From: Armatimonadota bacterium
Lineage (GTDB): Bacteria; Sysuimicrobiota; Sysuimicrobiia; Sysuimicrobiales; Humicultoraceae
Reading direction: 5' to 3'
Assembly (NCBI GenBank): GCA_037446215.1
Contig: JBBIJB010000047.1
Span: 7,181-18,674, forward strand
DNA length: 11,494 bases
The translations under genes and the position numbers were made by a program. Under the pieces are notes generated by a model that was not told the origin of the DNA, did no database searches, and worked only from the letters and a program-made list of their open reading frames with translations. Position 1 is the first letter of the stretch. Each line of letters opens with the position of its first letter. Of the stretch, positions 8,114-11,494 are shown piece after piece.

Positions 8114-9406
8114 CTAGGGCGTGAGCCTGTTAAGCAGCCTTGGGAACGGGACTGCCTCCCGGACGTGGTCCAGCCCACAGATCCATGCCACCGTCCGCTC
8201 GATCCCGATGCCGAAGCCCGAGTGAGGGACCGAGCCGTAGCGTCGCAGGTCCAGGTACCACTGGTAGGTTTCCCGTGACAGGCCGTGCTCGGCTAGGCGT
8301 TCCTCCAGGAGCGCCAGATCGTGCACCCGCTGGCCGCCGCCGATGATCTCGCCGTACCCCTCCGGCGCCAACAGGTCGGCTCCCAGCACCACCTCGGGGC
8401 GAGCCGGATCGGGCTGCATGTAGAATGCCTTGCAGCGGGCGGGATACCTGTGAACGAACACCGGCCTGTCGAACTCCTCGCTGACCGCGGTCTCCTCGTC
8501 GCCCCCCAGATCCTCGCCCCACTCAACGCGCATGCCCTTCCGCTCCAGCCTCCGGAGCGCCTCATCGTAGGAGATCCGCGGGAATGGAGCCGTGACACGT
8601 TCCAGCGGCCCGAGGTCACGCTCAAGAAGCGCGAGCTCGCGCCGGCATCGGTCAAGCACCCTGGCGACCACGCCGGCCACGAAGCCCTCGGCCAGGTCCA
8701 TGTAGCCTTCCAGGTCCATGAACGCTGCTTCGGGCTCCAGCATCCAGAACTCGGTAAGGTGCCGCCGGGTCTTGCTCTTCTCGGCGCGGAATGTCGGACC
8801 GAAGCAGTAGACCCGCCCGAGGGCCATGGCCGCGGCTTCGTTGTAGAGCTGGCCCGACTGCGTGAGGTACGCGTGCCCCAGGTCGAAGTACTCGGTCTGA
8901 AACAGAGTGCTCGTGCCCTCAACCGAGGCCGGCGTGAGTATGGGTGCGTCCACCCGCAGGAAGCCGATTCCGTCCAGGTGGTCGGTCATCGCCCGTACTA
9001 CCTCCGCCCGGACCCGCATCGTCGCCTGCGGCCTGCCGCTTCGGAGCCAGAGGTGTCTGTGGTCCATCAGGAACTCGATCCCGTGGGCCTTGGGGGTTAT
9101 CGGGTATGGTTCTGCTTCGTGGACCACTCGGAGGGAGGTGACGGAGAGCTCAACCCCTCCGGCGGCCCGCGCGTCTGCGCGGACGGTACCGGCGACAATG
9201 ACGCTGCTCTCCTGGGGCAGGCGGCCCGCGGCCTGGAACGCCTCCTCCGGGACTTCTGCCTTGCTGACGACGGCCTGGACCACTCCGGTGCCGTCCCGAA
9301 CGAGCAGGAAGTGAATCCTGCCGCTACTCCGGCTGTTCGCCAGCCAGCCCCTCAATTCGACCTCCACGCCCACCTGGCCGGGCAGGTCGGCGATCGTTAC
9401 GTGCAT
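8114..9406 (-). CDS. asnS: Asparagine--tRNA ligase (class IIb)
   Basis: OB-fold start [90 protein letters not shown]. Start is ATG 9406 (GGAGG 4 nt upstream) or GTG 9421 (GGAGG 7 nt upstream). Confidence 0.96.
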   Translation of the reverse strand: MHVTIADLPGQVGVEVELRGWLANSRSSGRIHFLLVRDGTGVVQAVVSKAEVPEEAFQAAGRLPQESSVIVAGTVRADARAAGGVELSVTSLRVVHEAEPYPITPKAHGIEFLMDHRHLWLRSGRPQATMRVRAEVVRAMTDHLDGIGFLRVDAPILTPASVEGTSTLFQTEYFDLGHAYLTQSGQLYNEAAAMALGRVYCFGPTFRAEKSKTRRHLTEFWMLEPEAAFMDLEGYMDLAEGFVAGVVARVLDRCRRELALLERDLGPLERVTAPFPRISYDEALRRLERKGMRVEWGEDLGGDEETAVSEEFDRPVFVHRYPARCKAFYMQPDPARPEVVLGADLLAPEGYGEIIGGGQRVHDLALLEERLAEHGLSRETYQWYLDLRRYGSVPHSGFGIGIERTVAWICGLDHVREAVPFPRLLNRLTP

Positions 9407-9474
9407 CGGGCCTCCGTCCACTCCTCTACCTCCATCGTCACAGGAGGTCGGCCGCCGGTGCTGAATCCAACACG

Positions 9475-10128
9475 GTGATGGTCGGCCCGGCCGGTGCCCC
9501 CATGCTCATGATCTTCGACTTCGACAACACGCTCATAGACTCGTCCATCGACTTCGCCGCTCTTCGAGGCGACCTGGTCAACCTCCTCGCGGGTAGGGGC
9601 ACGCTTCCGATTCCCCGCGAGGCGCTGCTGCGCCTGCCGATCCGCGACATCGTGGAGCACTGCGGGGACGCTTCGCCGGATCTCGTCGCCCTCGCCTGGT
9701 CGACGATCGAGCGCCACGAGGCCGAGGGGCTGCGCGGCGCAGCCGCCGTGCCGCACGCCCACCAGGTCCTCGAGGCCCTGGCAGAGACGGGAGCGATCGT
9801 GGCGCTGCTGACCAACAACACCGGTGAGGCGACGAGGAGGAGCCTCGAGGAGCTCGGCCTCGCCGGGCTGATCTCGATAGTGGTCACGCGCGACGATGTG
9901 CCCGCGCTGAAGCCGGACCCGGCGGGTGTCCACCTCATCCTCGATCGCGCAGCGCCTGTTCGCTCCGCCTACCTCGTCGGGGACTCCTGGATAGACGGCC
10001 TGGCGGCGCAGGGCGCCGGTATCCCGTTCATCGGTTACGGGCCGAGGCGCGCCGAAGCCGAGGCGCGCGGCGTAGTGCCCTGGGCATGGATATCCGACCT
10101 GAGGGAGATCCTCCCGTTGGTGCGGTAG
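9475..10128 (+). CDS. HAD-superfamily hydrolase (subfamily IA, phosphoglycolate-phosphatase-like)
   Basis: Motif I IFDFDNTL, motif II LTNN, motif III KPDP, motif IV GDSWID. Start could be GTG 9475, ATG 9478 or ATG 9502. Substrate not determinable from sequence. Confidence 0.92.
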   Translation: MMVGPAGAPMLMIFDFDNTLIDSSIDFAALRGDLVNLLAGRGTLPIPREALLRLPIRDIVEHCGDASPDLVALAWSTIERHEAEGLRGAAAVPHAHQVLEALAETGAIVALLTNNTGEATRRSLEELGLAGLISIVVTRDDVPALKPDPAGVHLILDRAAPVRSAYLVGDSWIDGLAAQGAGIPFIGYGPRRAEAEARGVVPWAWISDLREILPLVR

Positions 10129-10146
10129 GCCTCTTGCCCTACCACA
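10121..10146. other. Hairpin at the convergent HAD / hypothetical gene junction, no U-tract
   Basis: Minus-strand RNA UGUGGUAGG-GCAAGAGG-CCUACCGCA: 9-bp stem with one G-U pair; the arms contain the two genes' TAG stop codons. Confidence 0.5.
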
Positions 10147-10600
10147 GGTGAGAGAATCTGGCCGCGAACCTGCGTTCCATCTCCTCCCGGTGCAGGTCGT
10201 AGACCGGACAGCCGCGCAGCATGCACAGGTGCAGCGCCGTATTGCAGTACGCCTCATCGACCTCCCAGCATGCGTGGCTGACGTTGTAGGCGGCGCAGAC
10301 GCCCTTCTTCGCGTGAACCGCGATCGGCTCGACGAGGACCTGTTCGGGCGTCTTCCGCTCGCCGATCGGAGGCTCCTGAGCTTGCCGCACCAGCCGAAGG
10401 AGCGGGCGGTCGTCCGCCTGCGATCCTGGGTCAGGCCGCCCCGACTCCTCGCGGGGGATACTCCCCGGAGGAGTCTGCCCCCCCTTCTCCACGGTCTCGT
10501 CCTTGCGCGAGGGTCTCCCGGTCAGGACCTCCATCTCCCGGGAGGCCTCCTCGATAAGGCTCCTAACGCCGCGCCGCAACTCCTCGCGTCCGCTCGGCAT
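10139..10600 (-). CDS. Hypothetical ParA-partner protein with C-terminal Cys-rich (CW-type) putative metal-binding domain
   Basis: Very strong SD AGGAGGTGATC (10615-10605) 4 nt before ATG 10600; overlaps the parA end by 38 nt. Protein: N-terminal GREELRRGVRSLI, P/G/S/E-rich linker, then C102-x8-C111W-x6-C119-x6-C126-x4-C131PVY, ending in Trp153. Confidence 0.85.
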   Translation of the reverse strand: MPSGREELRRGVRSLIEEASREMEVLTGRPSRKDETVEKGGQTPPGSIPREESGRPDPGSQADDRPLLRLVRQAQEPPIGERKTPEQVLVEPIAVHAKKGVCAAYNVSHACWEVDEAYCNTALHLCMLRGCPVYDLHREEMERRFAARFSHLW

Positions 10601-11471
10601 GGGCGATCACCTCCTGGGCGAGACTGGTATACTCCCTTGCGCCGCGTGACTCCGGACTGGTCACGAAGAGCGGCAGCCCCGCCATCGAAGCCTCTACGAG
10701 CTTGATGTTGAAGTGAACCGTGGTCTGGAATACCTTCTCCGGGAAGAAGTCATGGATGCCGGAGAGGATCTCCTTGCTGATCGTTGTGCGCGAGTCGTAC
10801 ATCGTCGGAAGCACACCCAGGATCTCCACGTTGTGGCCCACCTCATCCCGGACCACCTTGAGCGTCCTGAGCAACTGCCGCATCCCCACCAGCGCGTAGT
10901 AGTGAGTCTGGTTGGGAATTATGATCCCGTCGCACGCCACGAGCGCGTTCAGCGTGAGAAGCCCCAGCGACGGGGGGGTGTCGATGACGATGAACGCGTA
11001 CCGATCACGCATGGCCCACAGGCGCCTGCGCAGGGCGTTCTCTCGACCGATACGCGCGGCCAGCTCGAGCTCGGCCGCAGCGAGATCTATCGAGGAAGGA
11101 GCGATCTCCAGCCCCTCGACACGGGTTTGGCGTATCACCGCCTCGAGCTGCAGGCCGTTCTCGTGGTCCGGGTCGATCAGGACGTGGTAGATGGTCCGCT
11201 GCAGGTCCGCGGGGTTGATGCCCAGGCTTATCGTCGCGTTGGCCTGAGGGTCGAGGTCGATCAGCAGGCTCCTGTGCCCCGCCGCCGCGAGGGAAGCGCT
11301 CAGGTTCACGGCGGTAGTCGTCTTGGCGCAGCCGCCCTTCTGGTTCACGAGCCCGATTATCAGTGCTCCCTCCGGCATGGCGGTACCCGAAGACGCCGTC
11401 TCGCCGATCGGCGCCGGATCGGCGGCCGGCTCCCCGGCCGCTTGGTAGCGGGCTCCTGCTGCTGGCTCCAT
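10563..11471 (-). CDS. parA: ParA/Soj-family P-loop ATPase
   Basis: Deviant Walker A NQKGGCAKTTT, IDLDPQANAT, LAAAELEL, IDTPPSLGLLTLNAL, GVLPTMYDSRT, SRGAREY..LAQEV. Start uncertain: ATG 11471 (GGGGAG 11 nt upstream), ATG 11378, or further upstream since the frame is open to the window edge. Confidence 0.93.
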   Translation of the reverse strand: MEPAAGARYQAAGEPAADPAPIGETASSGTAMPEGALIIGLVNQKGGCAKTTTAVNLSASLAAAGHRSLLIDLDPQANATISLGINPADLQRTIYHVLIDPDHENGLQLEAVIRQTRVEGLEIAPSSIDLAAAELELAARIGRENALRRRLWAMRDRYAFIVIDTPPSLGLLTLNALVACDGIIIPNQTHYYALVGMRQLLRTLKVVRDEVGHNVEILGVLPTMYDSRTTISKEILSGIHDFFPEKVFQTTVHFNIKLVEASMAGLPLFVTSPESRGAREYTSLAQEVIAHAERTRGVAARR

Positions 11472-11494
11472 CGGTAGGCGCGCTCCCCGAAGAC

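Noticed and set aside
9397..9435. Short minus-strand [15 protein letters not shown] overlapping the asnS start as an attenuator peptide; possible T-box
   Set aside because: No Asn codons, no SD before its ATG, no terminator, and no room or motif for a T-box leader.
8321..10257. ORFs 8321-9478 (+), 9397-10257 (-), 9438-9938 (-)
   Set aside because: Shadows of asnS and the HAD gene, both of which have complete catalytic motifs.
10148..11477. Plus-strand ORFs 10148-10705 and 10713-11477
   Set aside because: Antisense to parA and to the partner gene, which has a near-perfect SD and a coherent domain layout.
11386..11494. 9-bp direct repeat CCCGAAGAC at 11386 and 11486, each upstream of a candidate parA ATG
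   Set aside because: Only two short copies, one cut by the window edge; compatible with chance. Needs upstream sequence to evaluate as an iteron or operator.

Overview
GC-rich bacterial chromosomal window, almost all on the minus strand. From right to left: a Soj/ParA-family ATPase (10563-11471) overlaps a 153-aa gene that sits where parB would be but is not ParB. Next come a single plus-strand HAD phosphatase (9475-10128) and asnS. These are followed by a sigma70-type promoter, a rimP-leader attenuator and the conserved operon rimP-nusA-ylxR(rnpM)-infB-ylxP(DUF503)-rbfA-nrnA(DHH)-truB-ribF, with ribF running off the left edge. The best candidate for an undescribed system is the ParA plus partner pair. 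The partner has a ParB-like N-terminal peptide, a disordered linker, a five-Cys CW-type putative metal-binding domain and a terminal Trp, which suggests a cargo-positioning module. Also notable are a probable non-canonical ATC start for ylxP behind an SD-sequestering hairpin right after infB, and an antisense HAD gene bracketed by hairpins within an otherwise co-directional run. I saw no mobile elements, CRISPR arrays or tRNA/rRNA genes. All family assignments are from motif recognition; no database searches were run.
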